Positions 34,434 to 48,000 of a DNA stretch of 64,000 nucleotides are shown here, piece after piece; the stretch's first letter is position 1, and each line of letters opens with the position of its first letter. A model generated the notes under the pieces. The model was not told the DNA's origin, did no database searches, and was given only the letters and a program-made list of their open reading frames with translations. Location of the stretch: assembly GCA_039621445.1 (NCBI GenBank), contig CP154954.1, forward strand, positions 30,136,395-30,200,394, in the 5' to 3' direction. This stretch comes from Euglena gracilis. Taxonomy: Eukaryota. Position numbers and translations under genes: made by a program.

Positions 34434-34936
34434 CTTGCGAGTTTCCTGGGCAGGATGCTGACAAACTCCCGGCAGGGTGGTTTCAGGAAATTGATTTGTC
34501 CCTGCGGGTTGGCTAATACCTGGGGCCTGAACAATTTCCCATGTCAGAACCCCGACACGTTCGCAGGCATGACGGTTTCAGAACACAAGTGCCACAGAGG
34601 CTTTTGTTTTTGCCCTTTCCGGCATTCGATGCCAAAGAACAGACAGTCCTACATTTTGGGCGTTTTGGATTAATCGTTCACTTGATTCCCCTCCCTCAGT
34701 CTACCAGCCAAACCATCCCCAAACTAATATTTAATCGCTGGAGATTTGGACTTAGATTGGGACCCCCCAGCTTAGGTGCCATGTGATCGGCTGGCACCAT
34801 CCGTTGCTGTCAAGGAGTTAGCGCCACGCGTCTAATTTAGCTCCGGGCTGGGGGATGGGGAGCCTCAGGGGCCGTGGGGCAGGGGCCAGGACGGGGGGGG
34901 GGGGGGGCAGCCAACCGGCTCCTCTTCCGGGGCCAT
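34434..34936 (-). CDS. Possible 5' exons of the SNM1-like gene
   Basis: AG/GT-bounded 93-nt segment 34526-34434 is phase-compatible with exon 33862. Candidate ATG at 34936 (MAPEEEP...). The connecting junction is not resolved. Confidence 0.25.
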
Positions 34937-36036
34937 CTTAGCTGGGCTGCGAGTTGGGGGTGAATTGACATAAAAAGAAGTCAGGGCATTGAATTCTTTG
35001 GAGTGCCTTTTGGAAGGAGTGCAAGGGAGTTCTGGAGGGGGCTGGAGGGGGTGCTTTCTGCCGGAACTTGCAGCGATTGAGCGGAAAAATGCCCACCACG
35101 CTGACCTGTCAAAATTTGATGATCCTTGAAGAGGCACGAACACCGACCAAAGGCAGTACAACAATAACTAGCTATTCTGTCTGGCGGTGATGGACTGATG
35201 ACAAAACTGCTGTACAAAGCACAGCGTCGTTGACTGGCGGGTGAGCTTCCTTCTTTGGTTGTGCACTCCAACCCCCTGGGGGAAAGGTCAAAAAATTATG
35301 TGTCGCTATTCAGGAAGGCTTCGCTTTCGACACTCATTTATTCAGGGGCTTGATTCCGGGTTGTTCCGGAACATTCTGCAATTTATTTCGCATATTGTGG
35401 TGACGTTCTGCTCATACACAACTTTTAATGAATAAAAATAATCATTTTGGAACTGCAGACTAAATAAATTTCTACAGATTCCTCAAAATACTGAAAAGAC
35501 ACGTAGTCCTCAAAGCAGTTGTCCCCCAAAAGCCTATTTTAATTAATTCAATTCTAACCAAGCCTATTCAATTCTAACTAAGATTTGGAGTAACCATTGG
35601 TGTCTTGATGAATTGACCCAGAATACTTACAACGCTGATTTCGTGCGAGTCTCCTCCTGCACAGATTTTGTGCATTATGCCAATTTAGCCATCCCTCGTG
35701 TGCTGCCTGCAGCCATGCCCTGACTGAAACTCTTGTATCGGATGTTCCAGTCTTCCGGAGGCTTCCAAATCTTGTTGAGTCACGTTTATTGAAGACCGAC
35801 ACCAATCCCCCCCAACCTAAAAAAAGAATGTCAATCCCTTGGTCTCACAACTGCATTAAATGTTGTTAACTTATGCAAATCGTTGCCTTGGAGAGTCGTG
35901 GTCTGCCCCCCCCCCCCGTTCAGCCTCTCGCCAAGGAGAGGGCCCTGATGGTCTCCCCAGGTCGGGCAAAGCTGGGGGAACGGTGCGCGGGGCACGTGCC
36001 ATATAGGGCACCGGTGGGGGGGGGGGTGGCGCCGCC

Positions 36037-38098
36037 TCACGCCGCCTCAGGGGCCTCCACCAGCAGCACCACCTTCCCCTCCGTCTGGTTCGCCTCCATC
36101 AGCTCGTGGGCCGCCCCCGCCTCCGTCCACGGCAGCACCGCGTGCACCACCGGCCGGGGCGGGGGGCCCCTCTCTCGCCGGCGCCCGTCCGGGGAGCTTT
36201 CTTTAAGACCGGGGGGTGCCCCCCACCCACCCAGGGGTACCCCCCGGGGTCCGGGGACCCACCTTTTGGGGGGTCAAGTTTGGGGCCAAAGAATTCGGCG
36301 CACTTCCGGTTGGGACCCACGAGGCCCTTGGGGTATCCCCCGGGGGGAGGGGGTCCGGCTCACCCACCCACCCACGAAAAAAATAGCCCACAACGGCTAA
36401 GTCGAAACAAGCCGCACGCTGTGTTCAACGTTCGACGATTCAAAACCCGTACGGTGGCTTTTTTGGCGTTTTTGTTTTCGTTTTCATCAAGAAAACGGCG
36501 CCACTCTGAAAACTGTTTTATAATAATCGCGCCCGCCTTGAAAACTGTTAGACATTAATGAGTGCCTGTCTTGAATACCATTCGACCAATTGTGAAATGA
36601 GGATTTCTCCAAGTTGTCTCATCCTCCCTCTTTGTCACTGGGAACAGAGGCCCGGCACCTGCCCTGAATTTTGTGGACATGAACATGAATTGCAGGGCGT
36701 TATTTGGACCCCCCCAAATAACGCCCTGATAATCGTGAACAGGCTGTTCACGATTATTAGGGCTTGAAATTGTGAAAAGAATTTTGATTAAATACAAACT
36801 CAGTAAACTGTTGCACAAAAGCCTTCCCGAAGGCTTTCGACAGACGGCCACAGAATTCAGCCACGCTGCATGGCACTCTTATTCTGTCCAATCGTCTGAT
36901 CTGAAACTTGAACTATCTGTTGGTCAGATTTCGCAATTCAGTTCAGTTGCTCTGTTGCAACTCGTCCAAAGGGCTTTCAACAGATGGCCACAGAATTAAA
37001 ACAGAATGGAACACGATGGAATGGTATGGTGAACTGAACGGAATCCACCCTTAGGCTCTAAACCGAAAATCGCCTTTGGTCCAAGCATTGTGGGGGCCTT
37101 TGGGGGGGGGGGACCGTCGCCTTCGGGTCCCCCCCCCAAACCCAAAAGCGCCCCCCAATAGCTTGGACTTAAGCCCATCTCTTGTTTTCTGGGTTTCCCA
37201 GACAGAATCCTGGATCCCGATGTGGGTTTTTTTGTAGAAACGGTTTCTGTTCACGATTATCAGGGCATTACTTGAACCCCCAAAATACAACGCCCTGTAA
37301 ATTGTGAACAGGCTGCTCACGATCCACCCCCCCCAGACTAAAAAATACCCCGAGGTCTGCCAACCCCAGATGAGGGTTGGGCGGCGCGGTGTAGGGGGGG
37401 TGAGGGCCAGGCAGGGGGGGGGGGGCACAGGGGGGGCCCCAGGTGGAGTTGGCCCGTGCGGAACAGCGGCTCCGCGAAGGCCCAGAAGTCCCGCACCAGC
37501 GCCGCCTTGTACGCCTTGCCTGGGGCCGGCAGGGGTGGGGCACGGACCCCTGGGCCCAAAAACACCACCACAACCCCAAAATCTCGCCTGCCCACGATCT
37601 CCCCCTCTGTTTAAACTTTTGATTCTAATGTAACAATTAAGAATAAACTATACAAAATATATTTTTAGCCCCCTCCAAAAAATAAGAACCCCCAAAAAAT
37701 AACACCCCCCCCCCTCTGGGCCGAACGAGCAAAAATCCAAAAATAAGCCCCCCCTGACGGCGCGAAGCGCCGAAGACGGTGAAAATTTTCCCTGAAAAAT
37801 TACCAAAATCCCCAATTTCACAGACAAAAATGATGAAATTTCAAAAAATTTCAGCTTTTTGAAGTTCAAAAAAACATGCCAAATGTCAACTTACACCGAT
37901 TTACACATGGCACGAAGAGCCGAAGGAAAATTTTTACTGCTGAACCTGAAAAATGATGTTTTTTCGGGCTTGGGTCGGTCAAGAAAAAACCAAAAATAAG
38001 ACCCCCCCAAAAATAACACCCCCCCTGGAGGTTTCCAGCAATGGACCCAAAAATAAGACCCAGGTCATATTTTTGGGGGGGGTTAATATATCAGTATG

Positions 38099-38141
<43 letters not shown>

Positions 38142-38927
38142 TATATATATGCAGGGGTTTTTTTGATTGGAAATTAATTTGATGGGAGGGTCAGGCGAAC
38201 TCCCGTCTTGCCTGAGAAATTGGCCTCTGGGCCTGTGCTCGCCGCCCTGGCCTTGCAGGGAGTTGTACCCCGAAAGAGCTTAGTTCTTCGGGTAGGCCCA
38301 AATTGGCGAGCACCCGAGGCCAATTCTTTTCGGGAGACCACCTTCCAACAGGGAAGGGGTCAGGTATCATTATCTTACAAGGGAGCCACGTTGCCAACAT
38401 TCGTTCTCAGCGACGCTGATCACCGCAATCCGCCCACCCGGATGCCAATCTTCCTTCTTCCCGCGATGGCGCTGGATGGCCCAATGGTCCTCCCTCCTTT
38501 CCAAGCCGGGAGCTCATTCAGGTGGAAGTCCTTGGTGTTCCCACCTTTCCAATCCCTGTGACTCTGGGTGATGGAGGAGCGATTAATGGGAATTTGCAAA
38601 TTCCCGCAGTTTATCACGCCCGAAAAGAAGGCTGTTTTTCTGGACAATATGACTTTTACATCCTTGCAGAACCCCGGGTGAGCCGATTGAAGATTGGTCA
38701 TGAAACTGCTACGTGCAAAAATAATTTGTTCAGATCCCTGGGGGTGGACCTCCAACAAAAAACAGTGGCACACCCTTCAATGAAATTTTTGGCCAGTCTT
38801 TGAACTTGACCCGAGGTGCAATCCCCCTGACGGGACCCACCCACATGAGCATGGTGTGGAAGCCTGTCCTGTGTGAACTATTTGGGAGCAGGACGGTCCC
38901 TAACTCCCGCCCCGAAAAAAAAAAAAA

Positions 38928-38969
<42 letters not shown>

Positions 38970-38992
38970 AAAATAAACACCCCCCACGGAAA

Positions 38993-39037
<45 letters not shown>

Positions 39038-42000
39038 ATATGTCCCAATGCACTTCAACCGAAAAATAAGGACCCACCACAGATTTTCACCAATTTTGGG
39101 AAAACGGGGATTTTGGCTGGGGAAAATTTTTGAAAATTATTTTGAAAAATGAACCCAAAATACATGATTTTTTGATGGAAAACCACATTTTTTTCACAAA
39201 AAAAATCTCCAAAATTTTGGGGTTGAAAATTGCTAGTTTTCAGGAGGGGGGTCAAAAAATGCAGGTCAAAAAAAGTGGACCAAATTTTGGAAAATTCAAA
39301 TTTTACTGAGAGTTTTTCTCTTCTCAAATTCACAAAAATTTACATCCACATTCACATTCACAAAAAAATCTCAAAAATTCCAGGGTTAAAAATTCGTAGT
39401 TTTTAGGAGGGGGGTGAAAAAAAACGAAGGTCAAAAAAAGTGGACCAAATTATGGCTCAGCCAAATTTTACTGACATTTTTTTTCTCTGTGAAATTTTTT
39501 GGATTTTCAATGACATTTTTTTTGCTTCAAAAACCTCTCAAAATCAAAATTTTGAGAAAATGTTGAATTTTGGAAGGTGTGAAAAAATGGGGTTTTGAGG
39601 GGTTTTTGGGGGGGACCTCCCATATGAGTCCAAAAATGGGTAAAAAAAACGCCTGGCGCCGAAGGCGATGGAAAATTTTTTTCGGATCCAAAAATGGGTG
39701 CTCCCGGAAATACGGGAAGAGCTGGTGGGGGGTGGTCTTAAGGGGCGGTCCTTAACTAAAAAAAAAAATCCCGTCCCTTACGGACCGCCCTGTTTGGGAG
39801 GGGGGTCTGAGGTGGCTGGCGGACATTGGCGATATGCTGACAATCAGAAAAAAAAGTTCCGAAGTTCTTATCTTTGTCCCAGCTTTGTGAATATGCTGAC
39901 ACCCTGGCACGGCACGATGCTGCGGGGGAGGGTCCATCCGCCGGGGCACACACTGGTGTTCCGCAGCGTTGAGAACTTCAGTGTGGCCCGCTTGCGGAAG
40001 AGGGTGGGCATGCTGGCCGGCGGGTCAATGGTGGACCCTGCCGAGGGGAGGCACAGCGGTCCGCGGGGCGCCCACCCCAAACCCCGAACCCCGCATGAAC
40101 CCCGGGGGGGGAGGAGCACGTTCAACAAATCCCAATGATTCTCCGCCCACGGTTTGGAATGCAGCGTTCTCCGTTCCCAATCTCAAGCCCACAATGACAG
40201 AGCTACTTTGGCTAAACAGGGCCGCCCCATTTTCACAATTGCCATTAGCTGCACACACACATTCAATCTGGACGACAGGGAAAGCACCAGAGGGAAATAC
40301 TCAGCCAAATGTTATGCAGTAGGATGAAAATGACTATCATGATGACATCCAAGAAAGAAAATGGTGTCAAAGGTTGGCCGAGGACAAAACGGGAGTTTCA
40401 AAGAAACTGGGGTTCTGCAGACCTGAACATGTTCTGTTACAGAGCTGAATGTTGCTGCCCTGCAAGAGCGACCCTGCTGTTGCGGCTCTTGCAGAAGGGG
40501 GGTATAAAAGCTGTGCGAACTAATTTGGCAGGCAAAAGTCCTACCAATTACCTCACGGGCAGCCTTTTTTGGACGAATCTGCAGTGGGCTGGGAGGACAC
40601 ACCGCCCATCATGGCAATGACGACGATGGTCCCGTCCACCGCCAGCACCTCCGCGTTCTCCTGCATGTAGTTCCCGAACACCGGGTCCAGGATGACGTCC
40701 ACCCCGCGGGGGCCCACCACGTCCTGGACGTCCGCGGCGAAGATCCGGTGCAAGGCACCCTCCAGCGGCGGGGCGGGAAACGGTTGGGGACCCCCCCCCC
40801 CGAGGCATTTGGCCAAGGAAAAGGTATGACACCAACCACGAGAACCCGGTGGGTTTCAGATAATTCTCCGGGTCCCCGGTATTTGCCCAACTGGGAGGTG
40901 TCAATTTCTCGGGGGGGGGGGGGGAGTGGCAAGAGGCGAAAAACAGCGCCAGGCCAGAGGAAGGGATAAAAGGCACCAAACAAACCGCCACAGTGCACAC
41001 AGGGGGGGGATAGAAAATCGACTTTGGGCCCCAACCGACCGACATTTCCGCGGGGCATGTTTGGCGGAAGGCGCGTAGGGGAGGCCTGCCGGTCGGGGGA
41101 CTGGGCTGCCCTGGCCGGGGCGTGGGGACCGGTGGGCTGTCGGGCCCGGCTGCCGGCGTTGGGGGGAGGGCGGACCACTGCTGGGGCACCGCCAAAGACA
41201 CTGATGTGGATGGATGGATGAGACCCCCATCAGGAGCTTTTTTTTTTAAGACTGGGGGGGTCCGGGGGACCCACTCAAAAATCGCAAAAAATTCCCAAAA
41301 ATAGCACTTTTTCAAAAAATTTCTGCGCCTTCAGCGCCGAAAAATATATACCACTCCCCCCTGAGGGGCCCCCCCCCCCAGGGGGGCTCGGCCGGACCCA
41401 CCCACCCTCCCCCCCCTCCCCCCCCCCCGGGTCCACGACTAAAGAAACCCCTGACCCCCATAGGGGCCAGAAAGTGGCCATTTTCAAAAGCAATTTGCCT
41501 GGATCGGGATGGCAGGTCTTCCTCCCAACGTGTGGCCAATGCTTCAGGGAGGCAAGCGCATCCAGTGGTCAAATCTGCACGTGTGCAGCAGTTCCTTTCT
41601 GTTTACCAATCCCAAGGCCTTCAGCGCCGGGAGTGTGCTATTGCACGACCCACCCAAAACCCAACCCCCCCGGGGGGGGGTCGGAAATGCCCTGGCCCCT
41701 GCTTGCCAATAGACCCCCCCGGGGAGGTGGGACTTTCCTAAAATCAGCCTGATAGAGAGCATATGATGGAGCAAACACGAAAAAGAGGTGCAAAAGACTC
41801 CACGCACTTTACTACTGGCACTTGCTGTTTCATATAGTGTGAAATTTGACAAATTTATTTCCGGCCTTTTTAACTATTTTGGCAAATCTGTTCAACATTC
41901 ATGTCCTTGTAGATTCTCAATACTTTGCAAAAAAACTTCTGATCCTTCTGATAATGTTTCCAACTCCCAAATAGCAGTACCCGCCCCCCCCCCCTGGGCA

Positions 42001-45000
42001 ATTGTCGTGTGACAAATTGGGCAGCACGGAGGGGGGGTGACAATTTCCCGGGGTGACAATTTGGCCGGCACAGAGGGGGGTGACAATTGCCCGGGGGCGT
42101 CAATTGCCCACCCATGTAAGCCACATATAAACCAAATGACCAAGAAAACCATCTGAAACACAATTAACACAGGAAAAATGCAGCTATGGACGCGATATTG
42201 TGCAGAGCGTTTGGTATGCGAAAATTCTCAGCATGTTGTAGCGAAATAGAGGATCAATCGAGTCGTGTCAGCGAAAAGAAAGTTCACAGTGCAACACTGC
42301 AAACGGGGGGTGACAAATTGGGCAGCACGGAGGGGGGTGACAATTTCCCGGGGTGACAAATTGGCCGGCACAGCCAGGGGTGACAATTGCCCGGGGGCGT
42401 CAATTGCCCGGGGGCGTCAATTGCCGGGGGGGGGGGGGGGGGCGGGTAAGCAAAATCATCAAGCGAAAGCCAGCATCTAAGCAAATCTCCAACTCACAAA
42501 TTATCATTGTTATGACTTCGTGAAGGATTTACATTGCAAAGGTTGGGAGAACAGGCAGCCGTGATGGGAAAGAGCGGTGGTCGCACCATACTTCTTGCAA
42601 ACCTGCAACGAGACGAAATCGAACAACTCTCACCACCAGAGCATCGAGAGAGGGCAAAACAGTACAATTTGAAGGTGAGGAATTTCGCTTTGATAAACTT
42701 ATTTCAGACAACCCCTACCCCACCAAAATGCCAATAGCCTTTTAGGCAGACATTTTCAAATGAAAAGCACGGAAGAACATCACATCTCCCCACAATTCAC
42801 CATTTCGGGGCAATTCACACGTAAAACATTATGTAAAATGACATACCAATGGGGGGGGGGGTCAAGATGACAGATTCAATTTGTAACTTCAGGGGGGGGG
42901 GCACTTTTCCCCGAGTCCAAACCCACCCATGAACCCACCCACTTTTTCGAAAAGCCACCCACCTACGACCCCCCCCCCTTGTGGGGGTCTACCACCCAAC
43001 CACCCACCCACCCAAAATCCAACCAAAACTGGCCGAAAACGCAAAAAAAAATCCAGCCCGGCCTTCTGGCAAGGCAAAAACCTGACCCATGGCACACCCC
43101 CGGGGGGGGGGGGGGTCCGGAGGCCCAACCCACCTACCCACCCTTAAAAACCCACTCACCCCCCGGGGCGGTGGGTCACACGGTTGAGTGAATCTATGGT
43201 CAAGATCTCTTCTCTTTGGAAATAATATTTTGATTTGAAGGTTTGAGTCCACCAGGCAGGCCAGACATGGAAGACTTTTCATTTTCCCAACAATGTTTTG
43301 CGGGGTTTCCGCCCATTATTCCCCATTGGTTCCAAATGTTTGCAATTCTTGACAGAATGTAAACTTTCTACTTTGCAATTTTTATTCCACACCTAACCAC
43401 CATCGTCTGCAAAAAAAAACGACCACAATCGTCTACAAAATTCATCACAGAAAAAAAATTTCGAAATGAGATCGAAAACTGTCCATAAATGAATGGCAAA
43501 AGGATTTTAATTTAACGATGGGTGAAAGAGATGTTATTTAACTAAACATAATTGTAAACAACGTATGCCAAAGTCCAGGGGGGGGAAAAATGCGCTCGCC
43601 CGGCCTCGGAAAAAATGCGCAAAAATGCGCAAAAATGCGCAAAAAAAATGCGCAAAAAATGCATTTTTTCCAAAAATGCGCAAAAATGTGCAAAATCCGA
43701 GGAAAAATGCGCAAAAATCAAAAAAAATGCAAAAATTACCCAAAAACATGCAAAAATGGCACCAAATTTGAAGAAATTATGTAGAATAATGAGGAAAATG
43801 TACGTTTCAAAAAAAGTCAAAAATTTCAAATTTTTGCAAAAAATTGCAAAAATGGTCAAAAAATGCGAAAATTTTGGAAAATCACAAAAAAATGTGCCAA
43901 AAAGCAAAAAAAATGTGCTGAAAAAAACGAAAAAATGCGCAAAAAATGCGAAAAAATGCGCAAAAATGCGCATTTTTGGAAAATTTGAAAAAATGCGCAA
44001 AAAATGCGCAAAAATGCGAAAAAATGTGAAACGCATTTCCCCCCCCTGCAAAGTCTTTGATAAATTGTGAAATTGGTCACAAAGGTTTTACCCCGGGGGG
44101 GGGGGGGGGCTCATGGACCCGGTAGGCTACAGGAGGTGAGAGGGAGTTGGGGACTGACCGTACCAGTGGTCATACCATTTTTTAGCGACCCCCGGGGGCC
44201 AGGGAGGGGGGGCCACTTTCCACTCTGAAAAAATCAGTCAGTCACTTTTTCCCAAAAAACCAGTCAGTCACTTTACCCCCCCCCCGGGCCACTCTTGAAT
44301 GCGCTTATGTAGGCAAGGCACTATTGCCCAAAAGTCTCAAGGAATTCCAAAAAATTTCCGGCGCCTTCGGCGCCTGGCCAGCCACTTCTCCATTTTAGGG
44401 CCAACCCCACCCCCGGGAGGGGGGGGCTCTTGGCCAGAAAACCAGTCAGTCACACTGAAAACCCCAAAATCTTTTTTTCTAGGGGTGGGGTTTTTTTCCA
44501 GGGGGTGGGGTGGGACAGGTGTTAAGCAATGGTATGCCAGTGGTGCATCTCAGCTCACAAACACCCCCTCTCAGACACCTCCACTTTGCTGGCGGAGGAC
44601 GTGGTGATGACGTGCTGGGCAGTGGCAGCGCGGCTCAGCTGGATGGCGGCGATGCCAACCGAGCTGGCCCCCGCGTGGATCAACACGCTCTGCCCTGTGG
44701 GGGAGACCCCGGCTGGGCACCGCAGAGGGGGGGGGGGGTGGGAGGGGGCGGCGTTTGTGGTGCGCGAAGAAACAATGACACGTGTCATAGCTGGGTGGCT
44801 TGGAGTGTGAAATGAAACGTGACGCTGGGGGATCAATTTGAAGTGCACCCCCTCCCCCCAATACAACCTCTTTCCCCCACACCTCCACATCTCCTGGGGG
44901 CTTTGATTTGTCAACAAAATGCACACCCTACACGAAGTGCTGAAAAGCAGATCACGAGCAGAATCGGAGGAAGATGACACCTTCTGCCCTGAAAAATGGT

Positions 45001-48000
45001 GCCCAGCGGGATTATCCAGAAAATTCAAAAGTTGGCAAAAATGAGGGCGAAACTGCATCGAGACACACTCACAGAACACCCACAGCTCCCCATTCTAGAA
45101 TTTTTTCTCTCTCAAAAATGCGATTCACTCTTAGAAGGCCAATAACAACTGCAAAGTAAAAAGAATGCTTCAGATGCGAGAAAAATACGACAATTCTAAT
45201 GTTGTGGAATGCCTGAACCGCCCCCCCCCCCAAATAACCTGGCGGGCCCTTGCTCCTGAAAGTGGCCGAAAAACATGGCGGGGGACAGGCAAAAAAAGAT
45301 GGCTCCCGCCAGGCTATTTGGGGAGGGGGTTTATCCTCTTCATTTACCCTCCTCATTTACACCGACGGGTTGGCATGTCACTTTCACAGTTCTTGAAATC
45401 CCGGGACAATTCTTAAATGGGGTGAGTCGGTATAAATGGGTCGTGGTGGTCAAATGGGGGGGGGGGCACAAGGAGAAGTGGATTCTTCCTCTCCCCTCTT
45501 TTCTCATTCATTCCCAATAAACAACAGTCCAAATGTTCATATTTTGAGAAAAAGTCGACGCTGGGAGGAACCTGATTTTTTCTTGTGTTTACAGTGACCT
45601 CCTTGTGCTTTGTTGAGCTTTGCCCTTGTGTGCACCGGATGCAAGAGAGGGGGTCGTATAAACGGATTTTCTTCTGATTTTTCCAGAGGGGGTCGGTATA
45701 AATTGGGGAGTCAGTTCGAATGGATTTCTTCTCATTTTTCCGGGGGGGGGGGGGGTCGGTACACAATTCTGTAAACAGGTGCCATTTCTGGAGAAAATTT
45801 GAACTCTGGGATTGCATAAAAAACTGCCAGTTGTCTTTGCCTTGTTCTGTGTGTCCAGGGGATTCTTCTCCCTTACTTGAACTAATTTCTCAGCAAATCA
45901 AAACTATTCGACGGGGAGCGCTTTTGCACTTTTGCTACTGGGAAAATTTTGTTTTTTTTTAATAAAAAAAACATTACATCACCTTGATTGGCTGTGTAAA
46001 ATCTCTGGCACATCCATTTACAGCCACTGGACACACAAAATGATTTCTGTTTTTTTTTGCAGCATCAGAAGGGAGTATTATTTAGTTGGGGATTTACTCC
46101 ACATCAACAAAAACCCACCTTGGGACCCACACGATTGAATAACACTACCGTAAATGCACTAAAAAATGAATAAAAACTTTAGCATGATAACAATGAATTC
46201 CCCTTATCCATCGTATTAGAAAGAAACTTCCTGATTTAGGTTTCCTAGGGTAACAACTACATTGGAAAGATGCTTCAGAGGGGGGGGGGATGCGGTAGCC
46301 CCAGGGATGGATGGGAAGCCTTGAGGGGGGGGGGTCGGACTCCCCCCTCCCGACACGGAGGGGTGGGTCGGACCCCCCCTCCTACCTCGAAACTGAGGGG
46401 GCCGAAATTTTTTCGATTTCATGGACGGGCAAAGGGCCGGAAATTGGGTCGAAATCGGGCAAAAATCCCTGATTTTTCTTTGAAAATCGATCCAAAAATG
46501 CTCATTTTTTAGAATTTTTTGAACATTTTTGGGGGGGGAAATCACCAACACATCAAAAAATGGGAAACATGTCCAAAAGTCAGCAAAAGGGGCGTTTTTT
46601 GCTCATTTTCCGGCGCTGCGCGCCGGAAGAAAATTTTCTGCTATTTTTGGCACCTGTCAAGGAGGGGGGGTGGGGGGTCCGGACCTCCCCTCCCAACATC
46701 TATGGGGGGGTCCGGACCAGGTTTTGAATAGTGCTGAGCTCTTAATAAGCGTGCACACACCCCTTCGTTGACCCCTCCATACATACCAGCCCACTCCATG
46801 GAGCTCTTTTGACTGAAATCCATGGGTTTTGTGCCAGAAACGGGGCGCTGGTGGGTCGAATAACGCTCATTTTCGGCTCAAAAACAGTTTTTTCCGGGTC
46901 CGGGAGGCCAAAAAAACATCGTTTCAGGCAAAAAAAAATTTTCGATTTTTTTCGACTTTTTTGGCCGAAAACGGCTAAGTCGAACAGTGGAAAAAGTGTA
47001 CAAAATGGCCTAAAATGGCTAAATTGGCTGAAAAACGCCCGTATCTCGAGCTAGGCGGTGAGCTGCGGGGAAACCAAAATCCCAGTAGATAGAGCGTTCC
47101 AAGGGCTTCAATTTAGGTCTCCGGACATTTCCTTTGATTTTGCATCATTTTCCAGAAGTTTTGAAAACATCGATTTTTTGACCCCCCACCCCCCAAAAAC
47201 GGCAGTCGGACAGTGGGAAAAATGTACAAAACGGCCATCTGCGCCGAAAACGGCCGTATCTCGGGCTAGGCGGGGAGTTGCGGGGAAATTCAAATTCCAG
47301 TAGATGGGGCGTTCCAAGGGCTTCAAATTAGGTCTCCGGACATTTCCTTTGATTTGGCTTCATTTTGGAGATATTTTGAAAATTGACATTTTTTGGCCGA
47401 AATGGCAGAGTCCAAAGGGGGGGGGGGCTTATCCAGGGGGCGGGCCGATCCTACCCAGTTTGGACCCCTTCGCGCGTGAACAACTCGGGCCTGGCGGGGA
47501 GTTGGGGGTCAAACCCAGGTGATTCAGAAACTAGAAATCCAGTCGCTCGCGACTGAAAAAAAATCCGGGAACCGGGCCGGGATCATGGTGATAATCCGTC
47601 GGTTCTCCTGGTGGCCCCGACCCGGGGGGGGGGGGGCGGGGAGGGGGGGGTCGAGGGGGGGGGGGTTCGCCGGTGGTAAGCTTCGCTCTTACCCATAAAG
47701 GGATAAGAGGTCAGCGACCCCCCCCTACCACCTTACCCCCCAGGGGCCGGCCTCGAAAAAAATGCGAAAAAATGCGCGAGAACGCGAAAAAAAATGCACA
47801 AAAAATGCTCAAAATTGAGAGAAAAGGCGCAAAAATCGAAAATACCCAAAAAATGAAACATTTCCAAATATTGTATGAAATTATGAAGAAAATGCCAGTT
47901 CAAAAAAAATCAAATTGCAAAGAAATGGTCAAAAATGCGAAAAAATTGGGAAAATAGGAGGAAAATCAAAAAAATGTTGTAAAAAATCAAAAAATGCACA

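Larger units (their letters stand above)
40775..42565 (-). other. Probable nonconventional intron
   Basis: TTCCC|ATCACGGCTG...CAACCGTTTCCC|GCC. ACG at +4..+6 pairs with CGT at -8..-6 (6 of 7 bp). Leaves a +1 nt discrepancy in the frame. Confidence 0.55.

Noticed and set aside
35578-35805. 75-aa minus-strand ORF between the oxidoreductase and SNM1
   Set aside because: No ATG start, no homology recognised, no convincing splice signals.
38200-39035. Possible retroelement/integrase remnant followed by poly-A
   Set aside because: His/Cys-like motifs are in the wrong order and there are no RT motifs. The A-runs here and at 60097-60376 look like low-quality or degraded simple sequence.
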